From Thermoplasmata archaeon (lineage in GTDB: Archaea > Thermoplasmatota > SW-10-69-26 > JACQPN01 > JAJPHT01): a stretch of 64,000 nt of DNA. Under the pieces are notes generated by a model. The model ran no database searches. It was not told the DNA's origin and saw only the letters and a list, made by a program, of their open reading frames with translations. The position numbers and the translations under genes were made by a program. The DNA lies in contig JAXDQU010000011.1 in the NCBI GenBank assembly GCA_034667685.1, positions 14,230-78,229 on the forward strand, given 5' to 3'. Positions 18,298 through 28,099 of this stretch are shown one piece after another; the stretch's first letter is position 1; each line of letters starts with the position of its first letter.

Positions 18298-18957
18298 TCA
18301 CGCCGCGCGGTGCCCGTGCCGGTCGAAGCCGGGCGGAGCGCCCGCGATCTCGGTCGCCCGCTTGCTGCGCGACTCCTCGCCCGCGAAGCGCCACGCGACC
18401 GCCGCGCGGAACGCGGCGCTCTGGGCGGTCTCCTTCCATTCCTGCTCGCCGCTGCCCACGCGGAAGTTGAGCATGGCGAAGAGCTCCTCGTAGAGCTGCG
18501 CGGCCTTGACGTGGTGCTGCTTGGCCTGCTCGGGGGCGATCGCCTTGTTGCGCGTCGCGGCGATGAGGTTGCTGTGGCAGAGCGCGGCGAGGATCGCGTC
18601 GGGGACGAGCGCGGGCTTCTCCGCCTGCCCGATCCAGAGCGCGTCGAACGCCGCGAGGAACGCCTCGGCGCGCGCGGGCGTCGGGTCCTCGAAGAGCGCC
18701 TCGCGCGGCGCCTCCAGCCTGGCGAGCAGCGCCCGCTCGGTGTCGTCGAGATCCTCCTCCGCCTGCACGAGCCCCTCGGCGGCGCGCATGGCCTCGGCGG
18801 CCTTCCCTTCGAGCGCCTCGTACGCGCGCATGAGGCCGCGGAAGACGGCGAGCCGGTCGGGCGCCTCGGGGACGTCGGCGAGGTCCCCGTACAGGTCCGC
18901 GGCCCACTCGTAGCCGCCGAAGAGATCGGACTCCAGCGTCCGTATCAAATCCGCCAC
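18298..18957 (-). CDS. Hypothetical alpha-helical protein
   Basis: Only the C-terminal part of the long ORF, from GTG 18957 (VADLIRTLESDLFGGYEW), looks protein-like. Confidence 0.6.
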   Translation of the reverse strand: MADLIRTLESDLFGGYEWAADLYGDLADVPEAPDRLAVFRGLMRAYEALEGKAAEAMRAAEGLVQAEEDLDDTERALLARLEAPREALFEDPTPARAEAFLAAFDALWIGQAEKPALVPDAILAALCHSNLIAATRNKAIAPEQAKQHHVKAAQLYEELFAMLNFRVGSGEQEWKETAQSAAFRAAVAWRFAGEESRSKRATEIAGAPPGFDRHGHRAA

Positions 18958-19032
18958 GGTTCGTCCAGGAACGGGTTCTGCAATATGCTTATCTAACGGC
19001 CCCCCGTGGGCACGTTTCGCGGGGAGAACCTC

Positions 19033-21231
19033 ATGCAAACCTTCGCCAAGCCGCTCCTGACGCTCGCGCTCGTCGGCCTCGTCGCCGCAGCCTTCGCCGG
19101 CTGCCTCAGCAACGCGCCCAAGACCAGCGGCGAGACCGCCATCAGCCGCGTCTACACGCTCGACACGGACAGCAAGACGCTCTCGTCGGTGGGCGGCAGC
19201 AAGTCGCCGGCCGACGCCATGCGCCAGCTCCTCAAGACCGACCTCGTCGTGCGCGTGGCTGACGCGGGGGCCTACACGCTCTCGTACACCGACGCCCAAG
19301 GAGTCGCGCGCACGGCGCCGCTCGCCGACCTCGTCCCCGGCACGCCCCACGTCGTCTCCGGCGCGGACCCGATGGCGCCCGCGACGCTGAAGAACGCGGC
19401 GGGCGACGTCAAGGCGACCCGCGGCCCGCTCAACGCCACCTGGTGGCACGCGGGCGACGTCCCGCTGGGCTTCACGCTGGCGCCGGGCGCCTCGGCAAGC
19501 TACGCCACGACCTCCCTTCTCCACGAGGGCGTTACGCTCACCAACGTCAAGGCCGAGAACAACGTCACGCTCGACACCGCGCGCCTCGCGTTCACGCTCC
19601 CCGTCGAGGGCTCGTTCGCCTACACGCTGGGCGCGCCTGGCGCCGACGGAGCGCCGCTCGCCTCGACGCTCGACCTGCACGTGCCCGCCAACGCCGCCGA
19701 CCTGCTCCTCGTGGACGCCACGGGCAGCATGGACGGCAAGCCCGGCACCGCGGGCGTCGACGTCTCCGCCGCCACGGCCCAGGTCAACCTCGGCGCGACG
19801 ACCTGGTGGGACGACGGCGGCCCCACCGCGACGCGCTTCGACGGCGGCCACGCCACGTTCCAGCCCAGCGTCACCGCGTGGGTCACCGGCGGCTTCGTGC
19901 CCCAGGACGGCGCGGACGCCTCGAACTGCATCGGCAAGAGCCGCGCCGACAACTGCCACCCGGAGCAGCTCAATGGCACCACGCAGGACTGGCCCGCCGG
20001 CGAGAAGCAGGCCATCGCGGCCTCGGACCTCCCGCGGTCGACGACGTCGGAGTCGCGCGACGTGACGACCTTCCTCAAGGCGCTCTTCGCGCTCGACATG
20101 CAGCCCGGCGACGCGCTGCGCGTCAGCATGCGCGACAGCAGCCGCGAGGGAAGCAACGTCTACGACGTGCTGGAGACCTCGTCGCTGGAGGTCGTGGACC
20201 AGGAGAAGGTCACCGTCCCCGCGGGCACCTTCGACGCCCTCAAGGTCGTCCAGGAGGCGCGCATCGTCACGAACGTCGACCGCCTCTCCGACGGCTCGTC
20301 CGCCGGCCCCTCGATCGAGAACCTGCGCCTCAACGAGACCGTCGCGCGCTCGACCTACTGGTTCGACGCCAAGACCTACCAGCCCGTGAAGATGGAGACC
20401 TCGCTGCCCTTCGACGTCGACGCGGCCGCGAAGGCCATCATCCGCGCGGTGCAGCCGGGCGCGTGGAAGACCGCCTCGCTGGAGACGCTCTCGCCCGACC
20501 AGGTGAAGCTGGAGCTCACGGCGACCGCGACGCTCCAGGCCACGAAGCTCGCCGACGCGCCCACGCTCGTCTCGCCCGTCGTCGCGCTGGGCCTCGCGCA
20601 GACGCTCGCCGCCGGCGCCGCCTACGCGCCCGTCGGGTTCGCGGCCTCCAGCGCGGGCCTCTCACCCGCCGCGCTGATGCCCAACAGCGGCCCGCCCCCG
20701 GAGATCGAGATGATACCGACGCCCGCGCCGTATCCGTACCCGACGCCGACGCCCCCGACGTCGTCCCCGAACATCCACTGGCACGCCCTCTTCGACGTGT
20801 ACGTGAACGGCGAGCGCATGCAGATCAGCCCGTCCACGGCGATCGCGCTCTTCTACGAGGGCGGCGCGCGCTTCCTCCCCGCGCACCTCCACCAGTGCAA
20901 CCCGCGCCTCCTGCACAACGAGGGCGACGCCGAGAGCGGCTCGCTCGCGGCGCTGTTCAACGTGAACTGGGGGAGCCAGGGTGGCGCGCTCAAGCCCGAC
21001 GACCTGACGATCCCCGAGGGCGCGACGCTCGCGGGCGACTACGCGGTCGACGAGACGCACGCCCTTCGGCTCTTCGAGAGCGACGACAACGGCCCCTGGC
21101 AGGAGGTCGACGTGACTGCGCCGATCACGGACCACGCGCGCTACGTCCTCGTGTACGGCGACGAGACGCCCGACCAGGTCGCGGCGTACGAGGCCGCGAT
21201 GCCGGAGTTCACGACCGGCGCCGTGTGCTAG
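19033..21231 (+). CDS. Large lipoprotein with a C-terminal His-rich domain
   Basis: Lipobox FAGC, VTVPAGTFDA motif, Pro/Thr linker, HWHA...YVNG...HLH...LLHNEG. Confidence 0.75.
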   Translation: MQTFAKPLLTLALVGLVAAAFAGCLSNAPKTSGETAISRVYTLDTDSKTLSSVGGSKSPADAMRQLLKTDLVVRVADAGAYTLSYTDAQGVARTAPLADLVPGTPHVVSGADPMAPATLKNAAGDVKATRGPLNATWWHAGDVPLGFTLAPGASASYATTSLLHEGVTLTNVKAENNVTLDTARLAFTLPVEGSFAYTLGAPGADGAPLASTLDLHVPANAADLLLVDATGSMDGKPGTAGVDVSAATAQVNLGATTWWDDGGPTATRFDGGHATFQPSVTAWVTGGFVPQDGADASNCIGKSRADNCHPEQLNGTTQDWPAGEKQAIAASDLPRSTTSESRDVTTFLKALFALDMQPGDALRVSMRDSSREGSNVYDVLETSSLEVVDQEKVTVPAGTFDALKVVQEARIVTNVDRLSDGSSAGPSIENLRLNETVARSTYWFDAKTYQPVKMETSLPFDVDAAAKAIIRAVQPGAWKTASLETLSPDQVKLELTATATLQATKLADAPTLVSPVVALGLAQTLAAGAAYAPVGFAASSAGLSPAALMPNSGPPPEIEMIPTPAPYPYPTPTPPTSSPNIHWHALFDVYVNGERMQISPSTAIALFYEGGARFLPAHLHQCNPRLLHNEGDAESGSLAALFNVNWGSQGGALKPDDLTIPEGATLAGDYAVDETHALRLFESDDNGPWQEVDVTAPITDHARYVLVYGDETPDQVAAYEAAMPEFTTGAVC

Positions 21232-22490
21232 GGCGATCCGAGCGCGTCGCGGATGGGCTGACGGCGCAGCCGCGCCAGGGCCCACCGCGACGCGCCCACG
21301 CCCGCCGCCACCGCCAGCGCCAGGATCGCCAGCGCCACGAGCCACGAGGGGGCGGGCGGAGGGACCTTGAGCGCCGCGGCGCGGAACGCGAGCGCCAGGA
21401 GCCATGATAGCAGCGTGGCGAACGCCACGCCCACGACCCCGCCCGCCAGGCCCAGCCACAGGCCGAGGCCCTGGTAGACGCGGCCGAACGCCTGGTCGGG
21501 GATGCCGATGGCGCGCAGCGTGGCGAGCGTCGCGCGGTCCTCGCGCACCTGCCGCGCGAGGGTGTGCGCGATCCACGCGCCGGTCATGAGCGTGAGCGAC
21601 GCGACGACGATCCACGCCGTGACGCGCACGCTGTCGAACACCGGCCCGAGATAGCTTTCCCGGAACGGCCCGGACGCGATCGCCACGAAGCCGCGCTGCT
21701 GCGCCGAGGCCACGAGCGCGTGCTGGTCGCCCGCCGCGAGCACGACGTTGGCCGGCGGGTTCGTGGCGAAGTAGCCCAGGAGGCGCGCCACGTCGCCGCG
21801 CGGCGCGTAGACGACGAGCCGGTCGATCATGCGGAACCCCGTCGCGTACGTGCCCACGAGCAGGCCGTGCGCGGAGACGAGCTGGTTGTTCTCGACGTGG
21901 CCGGCCGTCAAGTTGTAGATGCTGCTCCAGGCGAAGGAGCCGTCGTACACGGTGAGGTTCGCGCTGTGCACGAAGTCCTCGCCCGCGAAGATCGGCACGA
22001 CGGGCTCGCCGTCGGGCAGCGTGGGCAACGCGCCCTGACGCCCGAGCATGACGCCCCGCGAGACGTAGGCGTCGAGGTCGACGACCTGCGCGTCGGCGTC
22101 CGGGTCGATGCCCACGAGGATCGCCGCCGAGCGCGTCGCGTTCGCCGCGCCCGCCGCCGTCGTGAAGTCCGCGCCGTGGAGGAAGATCCCCTCCGATTCG
22201 AGCCGGGGCGCGAAGCGCGCTGAAGGATTGTCATAGCGCAGCCCGGTGAGCACGTCCTGGAGGTCGGTCATCGGCTCGCCGTCGCCCACGCCCGTCCGGG
22301 CGCGCGCGATGCGCACGTCGCCGCCCAGCGTCGTCGAGATCTCGCGCCCCACGCCGCCTTCGAGGCCGTCGACCGAGGCGAGGACGAGGAAGTAGGTCGC
22401 GGACGTGGCCGCGAGCAGGATCGCCAGCGCGACGTACGTGCGCTTCCGGTTCGCCCACTCGGCGCGCATGAGATCGCGGGCGACGGTCAT
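21228..22490 (-). CDS. ABC transporter permease, FtsX/LolC-like
   Basis: TM, large extracytoplasmic domain (LVGIDP), then 3 TM with ATLRAIG. Confidence 0.8.
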   Translation of the reverse strand: MTVARDLMRAEWANRKRTYVALAILLAATSATYFLVLASVDGLEGGVGREISTTLGGDVRIARARTGVGDGEPMTDLQDVLTGLRYDNPSARFAPRLESEGIFLHGADFTTAAGAANATRSAAILVGIDPDADAQVVDLDAYVSRGVMLGRQGALPTLPDGEPVVPIFAGEDFVHSANLTVYDGSFAWSSIYNLTAGHVENNQLVSAHGLLVGTYATGFRMIDRLVVYAPRGDVARLLGYFATNPPANVVLAAGDQHALVASAQQRGFVAIASGPFRESYLGPVFDSVRVTAWIVVASLTLMTGAWIAHTLARQVREDRATLATLRAIGIPDQAFGRVYQGLGLWLGLAGGVVGVAFATLLSWLLALAFRAAALKVPPPAPSWLVALAILALAVAAGVGASRWALARLRRQPIRDALGSP

Positions 22491-23161
22491 GCGAGCCTTC
22501 CTCCCTCGATGCGCACCTGGCGCGCGCCGGGCGGCGCGAGACCCGGGTCGTGCGTGACGAGCATCAGCGCGGCCTCCGACTGCGCGCACGCCTCGTCGAG
22601 CGCGTCCATCACGCGGCGCGCGCTCTCGGGGTCGAGCTCGCCCGTGGGCTCGTCGGCCAGCACGAGGTAGGGCCGGTTCGCCAGCGCCCGCGCGACGGCG
22701 ACGACCTGCTGCTGGCCGCCGGAAAGCTGGTGCGGCAGGTGGCCCGCACGCTCCGCGAGGCCCATGCGCGAGAGAAGCTCCGCGGCCCGGGCGCCGGCGT
22801 CCGTCGCTCCGGCAGCCTTCATCGGCAGCGCGACGTTCTCCTGCGCGCTCAGGCGCGGCAGCAGGTGGAAGTGCTGGAAGACGAAGCCGATGCCCGTCAG
22901 GCGCTCCCGCGCGCGCTCGGCGTCGGTGGCGCGCCAGAGGTCGCGCCCCTTGTGCAGCACCGTCCCGGCGTCGGGCGCGTCGAGCAGACCCGCCACCGCG
23001 AGGAGCGTCGTCTTGCCGCTGCCGCTGCGGCCGCGCACCACGACGCGCTCGCCCGCGGCGACGTCCAACGCGACGCCTTCGAGCGGCGTGACCACGTGCC
23101 CCGCGGCGCGGTAGGCGCGTCGCACGCCACGCAGCGCGAGGACCGGGGGCTCCACGCGCAT
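22487..23161 (-). CDS. ABC transporter ATP-binding protein, LolD/MacB-like
   Basis: GRSGSGKTT, LSGGQQQ, LADEPTGELD, LVTHD. Confidence 0.9.
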   Translation of the reverse strand: MRVEPPVLALRGVRRAYRAAGHVVTPLEGVALDVAAGERVVVRGRSGSGKTTLLAVAGLLDAPDAGTVLHKGRDLWRATDAERARERLTGIGFVFQHFHLLPRLSAQENVALPMKAAGATDAGARAAELLSRMGLAERAGHLPHQLSGGQQQVVAVARALANRPYLVLADEPTGELDPESARRVMDALDEACAQSEAALMLVTHDPGLAPPGARQVRIEGGRLA

Positions 23162-23206
23162 CGAGCAAGCGCAGCCTACAAGACCGTTGCCTAGCGTCGC
23201 GCCGCC

Positions 23207-24571
23207 GTGGACCTTCCGAACGCGAAGCGCGCGCAGGTGCTCGTCGGCATCCTGTTCACGGTGATCCTCGCCGGGCTGGACAACACCATCGTGGGCACGA
23301 TCATGCCCGTCGCGCGCGCCGAGCTGGGAAGCCCCGGGCTCTACGCGTGGGCCTTCGCGGCCTACATGCTCGCCACGGCCATCTCGATGCCGCTCTGGGG
23401 TCCGGGCAGCGACCGCTGGGGGCGCAAGCGCACGTACCTCGTGGGCATCGCGGTGTTCACGCTGGGCAGCGCGCTCTGCGCGGCCGCGCCCACGATGCCG
23501 CTCTTCATCGCCGCGCGCACGCTCCAGGGCCTCGGCGCGGGCGCCGTGTCGAGCCTGCCCTTCATCGTGCTGGGCGTCGTCTTCCCGCCGCAGATGCGCG
23601 GCAAGGCGCTGGGCGTCGTGTCGAGCGCGTGGGCGATCGCGAGCGTCGCGGGCCCGGCGATGGGCTCCGCCGTCACGAGCTTCACCTCGTGGCGCTGGGC
23701 GTTCCTCATCAACGTCCCCATCGCGCTCCTGGCGGGCGCGCTGATCCTCCTCGCCATGCCCGAGAGCCACGGCGACCGCGAGGGGCGCTTCGACCTCGCG
23801 GGGGCGCTGCTCGCGGGCGTGGGCGGCGGCCTCCTGGTCTGGGCGTTCGTCGACATGGGCGAGGGGACGATCGGCACGACGGAGTACGCGCTGGCCCTGG
23901 GCGGCCTCGCGCTGCTCGCGCTCTTCGTCTGGGTCGAGTCGCGCGCCGCGAAGCCGATCCTGCCGCTCGACCTCTTCCGCCACCGCGGATACGCCGCGTC
24001 GATGGCCGCGAGCCTGCTCCTCTTCTTCACCGCGTTCGGCATCAGCGCCTACCTTCCGCTGCGCGCGCACGACGTCCACGGGCCCGGCGCGGTGGGCTGG
24101 GTCGTGGGCGTGTTCACCATCGGCTGGAGCGGCTGCGCGTTCACCGCGGGGCGCATCGTCCACCGCGTGGGCGAGAGATCGCTGGGCCTCGTGGGCGTCG
24201 CGGTCCACGTCGCGGGCTTCCTCGCGCTCGCGCTCTTCTTCGACCGCAGCCTCGCGGCGGCGTGCCTCGCGGCCGGCGTCTGCGGCGCGGGCATGGGCAT
24301 CCTCTCGCCCGGGCTCACGGTGGTCGTCCAGAACAGCGTCGAGGTGCGGCGCATGGCGAGCGCGACCACGAGCCAGCAGTTCGTCCGCCAGATCAGCGCC
24401 GCGCTGGGCGTCTCCGCGTTCGTGCTGCTCGCCGGGCTCCGCGGGTTCGTCTGGAGCCTCTACGCCTTCGCGCTCGTGGCGGCCGTCGCGCTCGCGTTCG
24501 TGGCGCTGCTGCCGCCGCACTCGCTCTCGGCTCACGGACCGGCCGGCGCGGCGCCGGCCGGCGAGCCCTGA
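23207..24571 (+). CDS. MFS drug:H+ antiporter-like transporter (DHA2)
   Basis: LDNTIVGT, SDRWGRK, ARTLQGLGAG, WRWAFLINVPI. Confidence 0.9.
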   Translation: MDLPNAKRAQVLVGILFTVILAGLDNTIVGTIMPVARAELGSPGLYAWAFAAYMLATAISMPLWGPGSDRWGRKRTYLVGIAVFTLGSALCAAAPTMPLFIAARTLQGLGAGAVSSLPFIVLGVVFPPQMRGKALGVVSSAWAIASVAGPAMGSAVTSFTSWRWAFLINVPIALLAGALILLAMPESHGDREGRFDLAGALLAGVGGGLLVWAFVDMGEGTIGTTEYALALGGLALLALFVWVESRAAKPILPLDLFRHRGYAASMAASLLLFFTAFGISAYLPLRAHDVHGPGAVGWVVGVFTIGWSGCAFTAGRIVHRVGERSLGLVGVAVHVAGFLALALFFDRSLAAACLAAGVCGAGMGILSPGLTVVVQNSVEVRRMASATTSQQFVRQISAALGVSAFVLLAGLRGFVWSLYAFALVAAVALAFVALLPPHSLSAHGPAGAAPAGEP

Positions 24572-26148
24572 GGCCCGGCGAGGGTCGCCGCCAGGCGCAG
24601 CGACGAGCGGTAACGCCGCGGCGCCCCGCCGTCGTGCTCGACGAGGCCCAGGCCCCCGAGCCGGCGGAGGTGGTACGCGACGAGGCGCCGGGGGAGCCCG
24701 GTCCGCGCGATGATATCACCCTGGGTCAGGCCCTCCGGCGCGGCGCCCACGACCTCGGCGAGACGGCGGCGCGTGCCGGACTTGAGCTGCGCCTTCGCGC
24801 GCAACGTCTCCGGGTCGAGGGAGCGCCGGGCAGGCAGGTAGAGCAGGCGCCCCTCCACGCGACGCGAGACGATGAGCCGCTGCGCCTCCAGGACCGCGAG
24901 ATGGTGGCGCACGACGACGCGGGCGATGCCGGTCGCGCGCGAGACGTCCGCGGGACATTGGCCCGGCGAGTCGGAAAGAAGCGCGTGGATGCGGGCGCGG
25001 TTCGCGTTCGCCAGCGCGTCGGCCGGCGCGATGCGCGAGTAGAGCGGCACGAGCAGCGCGCGCGCCAGGAGCACGAGCGCCGCGAGGATCGCGCCGCCCA
25101 GGCCGATGCGCGCCGCGAGGGCCGCGGACGAGGCGGACGCGCCGGCCGCCGCGCGCGTCTCGTGATCGCCCACGCGCACGAGGGTCGCGTCGCCGCGCAC
25201 GCCCGAGGCGAGGGGCGCGCCCCCCAGCGCGTCGGTGGCCGGGGCGCCGGCGGAGGGAGAGCGCGTCGCGTCGAGGAGCAAGGCGCCTTCGAGGCGGATC
25301 GGCTGGTGGCGGAACGAGGTCTGGTTGCCGGCGTAGTCCAGCGTGCCGCTGGCGTCGGGCGAGGCGAGCGCGCCCTGGAGGTCGAGCTCCGCCTTCTCGG
25401 CGAGCAGCTCGGCGGGGCCGCTCCCCTGGAGCACGGACGCTCCGGTCAGGTTGAGCCAGGCGTGGCGGTCGACGCCCTGGTAGACGACGGGTGGGAGCGG
25501 CGCGACGGCGGGGTCGCGGCTCGTCGTCGCGTCGAGCGACTCGTTGCCGCGCGCGGTCTCGACGATGGCGGAGGCGCCCTTCAGGAAGAGGGTCACGCGG
25601 CCCGAGGCGAGAAGATGCGGCGACCCACCCAGGAGAGCCGGTCCCGCAACGAGCGCGCCGGTGGGCTCGTCGCGCCTGAAGGCGTCTTCGCCCGTGCATT
25701 CACGGCTGCAAAAACGCTCGCCAAGCGGGAGCGTGGCGAGGCGGCCCGACGCGTTCCCCTCGAGGCCGAGGCGGCCTCCCCCCGAGACGACGAGGATGAC
25801 GCGGCAATCCTCCTGGCACGCGAAGCTTCGGATCGTCGCGTTGGAGGTCTGGATGGGGTCGTCGGCCGGGCCGCTCTGGGGTCCTTCCTCCACGGGCCCT
25901 GCTTGGGCTCCGACGATGCTGCGCGTGATCCGGTGCCCGTCCACGAGGCTCGCGTGCAGCGCGAGCGGCGCCCCGGCGCGCACGAAGGGGGTCAGGTTGA
26001 GCACGCCATCGGCCGTCGACAACACGACGTGGCCCGAGAGATCGATGCCGATCGCGGGATCGAGCGAGCCCCGGATCGGCGAGGCGCCCGCGAAGGCCGC
26101 CACGAGAAGCGTCGTGGCGAGCGCGGCGTAGACGCCTCCGCGGAGCAT
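24532..26148 (-). CDS. Membrane-anchored regulator 1: signal peptide, ectodomain, TM, double winged-HTH (COG3398-like)
   Basis: Signal peptide; ectodomain with CQEDC; TM then PLYSRI...NRARIHALLSDSPG...VVRHHLAVLE...LVAYHLRRL. Confidence 0.8.
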   Translation of the reverse strand: MLRGGVYAALATTLLVAAFAGASPIRGSLDPAIGIDLSGHVVLSTADGVLNLTPFVRAGAPLALHASLVDGHRITRSIVGAQAGPVEEGPQSGPADDPIQTSNATIRSFACQEDCRVILVVSGGGRLGLEGNASGRLATLPLGERFCSRECTGEDAFRRDEPTGALVAGPALLGGSPHLLASGRVTLFLKGASAIVETARGNESLDATTSRDPAVAPLPPVVYQGVDRHAWLNLTGASVLQGSGPAELLAEKAELDLQGALASPDASGTLDYAGNQTSFRHQPIRLEGALLLDATRSPSAGAPATDALGGAPLASGVRGDATLVRVGDHETRAAAGASASSAALAARIGLGGAILAALVLLARALLVPLYSRIAPADALANANRARIHALLSDSPGQCPADVSRATGIARVVVRHHLAVLEAQRLIVSRRVEGRLLYLPARRSLDPETLRAKAQLKSGTRRRLAEVVGAAPEGLTQGDIIARTGLPRRLVAYHLRRLGGLGLVEHDGGAPRRYRSSLRLAATLAGPQGSPAGAAPAGP

Positions 26149-26207
26149 GCGGGGCGGAGTGCGCCCGCGAGGACTTGAGCGTTCGCGTGCGCGCTGCCCC
26201 GCCGGGT

Positions 26208-26236
26208 ACAACATGCGACTACGCACCTTATGTTGT
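26208..26236 (+). promoter_or_regulatory. TATA-like CTTATG (26227-26232) overlapped by a 7-bp inverted repeat ACAACAT-N15-ATGTTGT
   Basis: Box lies 25 nt upstream of ATG 26258; the repeat is directly visible. Confidence 0.5.
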
Positions 26237-26257
26237 GGCCCGCGCACACCCGCCCCG

Positions 26258-26650
26258 ATGGGCACCTTCCGTTTGGGCCTCGCCCTCGTCCTGACCCTCG
26301 CGCTCGCCGCCCCCCTGGCGAGCGCCATTCCCCTCTACCCCGGCAATCCCCCCTTCGTGGTCGGGGGTCCGCTGGGTCGGCTCCTGAGCCAGGATCCCGT
26401 GGGCCACATCGCCAAAGTGAACGCCCCCTGCGCCCAGGACGCGCAGGCGTGCCTGATCAACGAGCTCCTGGAGTACTGCGTGTACCACCCCGACGCGCCC
26501 GTCTGCGTCCAGACGGCGGAGGAAGTCGCATGGATGATCGTGTGCCTGACGCCGGACCAGGGCGTCGGGCTCAACCTCGAGGGACCGGGAAGCGGATGCA
26601 TGCCACTCACGAGCTACGTCCCGCCGCCCCCCTCCGGCCTACCGCCGTGA
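26258..26650 (+). CDS. Small secreted Cys/Pro-rich protein A (6 Cys)
   Basis: MGTFRLGLALVLTLALAAPLASA signal peptide; divergent from regulator 1. Confidence 0.7.
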   Translation: MGTFRLGLALVLTLALAAPLASAIPLYPGNPPFVVGGPLGRLLSQDPVGHIAKVNAPCAQDAQACLINELLEYCVYHPDAPVCVQTAEEVAWMIVCLTPDQGVGLNLEGPGSGCMPLTSYVPPPPSGLPP

Positions 26651-27406
26651 GCGCGCCTTGAGCATCGCCCGCGCCGCGGCGTGGGGCGCCACCGCGTTCG
26701 CCGCGCGGCCGATCGCGCCCACCAGCGAAAGATCGACCTCGGGCGTGCGGCGCTTCGCGGCGCGGACGAGCGCCTTCGCGACGTGCTCCACGCTCTGGCT
26801 TCCGGGCACCTTGGCGCGGGCTCCTGGCGCGCCGGGCGCGGCGAGCCGCCGGTCCGCGAAGCCGGTGTCCACGCCGCCGGGCGACAGCAACGTCAGGCCC
26901 ACGCCGTCGGCCTCCAGCTCGGGGCGCGCGCTGCGCGTCCAGCCCGTGAGGGCCCACTTGCTCGCCGCGTAGACGGACGAGAGCGGCACGGGCGCCTTGC
27001 CCGCCTGCGAGCCCACCACGACGACGTGCCCCTTGGCGGCGCGCAGCGCGGGGCCGAACGCATGGACGGTCCGCAGCACGCCCACGAGGTTCGTGTCGAG
27101 CACGCGCGTGACGTCCTCCATCGGCATGTCGAGGAACGCGCCGTACTGGCCCACGCCCGCGTTCGCCACGAGGACGTCCACCGCGGGACCGCACGACGCG
27201 GCGAACGCGCGCACGTCGGCCTCGCTCGTGACGTCGCACGCGCGCCACACGGCCTCGGGCGCGCCGAGCCCCTTGGCGACCTCGGCCACCTCGCGCAGCG
27301 CGGGCCCGTGGCGCGCGCAGAGCGCGAGGCGCGCCCCCTCGCGCGCGAAGGCGAGCGCGGCGGCCTTGCCGATGCCGCTGGAGGCGCCGGTGATGACGAC
27401 GAGCAT
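26639..27406 (-). CDS. SDR family oxidoreductase
   Basis: TGASSGIG, ANAG, YAASK. Confidence 0.9.
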   Translation of the reverse strand: MLVVITGASSGIGKAAALAFAREGARLALCARHGPALREVAEVAKGLGAPEAVWRACDVTSEADVRAFAASCGPAVDVLVANAGVGQYGAFLDMPMEDVTRVLDTNLVGVLRTVHAFGPALRAAKGHVVVVGSQAGKAPVPLSSVYAASKWALTGWTRSARPELEADGVGLTLLSPGGVDTGFADRRLAAPGAPGARAKVPGSQSVEHVAKALVRAAKRRTPEVDLSLVGAIGRAANAVAPHAAARAMLKARSRR

Positions 27407-27410
27407 GGTC

Positions 27411-28064
27411 TCACTTCGCCGGGATCATCTTCAGCGCGTGCGTCCACTTGCCCGTGCGGAAGCCGTGCACGATCCAGACGAGCGCGATCGCCTCGAGCAG
27501 GCGCGCGGCCTCGATCCCGCCCAGGTCGATGATATCACGCCAGCCCAGCTCGCGCAGCAGCTCCTCGGCGCGCCGCTTCGCCGCCTCGTCGTCGCCCGCG
27601 ACGAACATGGTCGGATCGCCGAACGCGCCCGGGTCGTCCATCTGCGCATGGCTCACGACGTTGAGCGTCTTGACGACCTTCGCGCCCGGCGCCCAGCGCT
27701 GCACGCGCTCGCCCGCGCTGTCGTTCCCCGAGACGGCCAGGAGGGGAGGAAGGCCACCCTCGCGGTACGTCAACGGGTTCGTCACGTCGATGAGGAGCTT
27801 GCCGCGCAGCCGCTCCGGCCCCGCCAGGCGCACCGCGTTCTCCGTGCCCGACCAGTCGGTCGCCAGCACGACGACCTCGCCGAACGTCGCGGCCTCGGCG
27901 TTGGTGCCCGCCTTCGCCCCGGTCTCCTTCGTCCACGCCACGACATCCTCGCGCCCCGGCTCGCGCGTCCCCATCGTCACCGGATGGCCGAGCTTCGCGA
28001 ACGCGCCCGCGAGCTGCTTGCCCACATCGCCCGAGCCGATCACGCCGATCTTGAGCTTCGACAT
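27411..28064 (-). CDS. NADPH-dependent F420 reductase-like dinucleotide-binding oxidoreductase
   Basis: IGVIGSGDVG, IDVTNPL, SAGE, VVKTLN, DLGGIEAAR. Confidence 0.85.
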   Translation of the reverse strand: MSKLKIGVIGSGDVGKQLAGAFAKLGHPVTMGTREPGREDVVAWTKETGAKAGTNAEAATFGEVVVLATDWSGTENAVRLAGPERLRGKLLIDVTNPLTYREGGLPPLLAVSGNDSAGERVQRWAPGAKVVKTLNVVSHAQMDDPGAFGDPTMFVAGDDEAAKRRAEELLRELGWRDIIDLGGIEAARLLEAIALVWIVHGFRTGKWTHALKMIPAK

Positions 28065-28099
28065 GGCCTGGCATCGGGCGATCCCCGGATGAACCCGGC

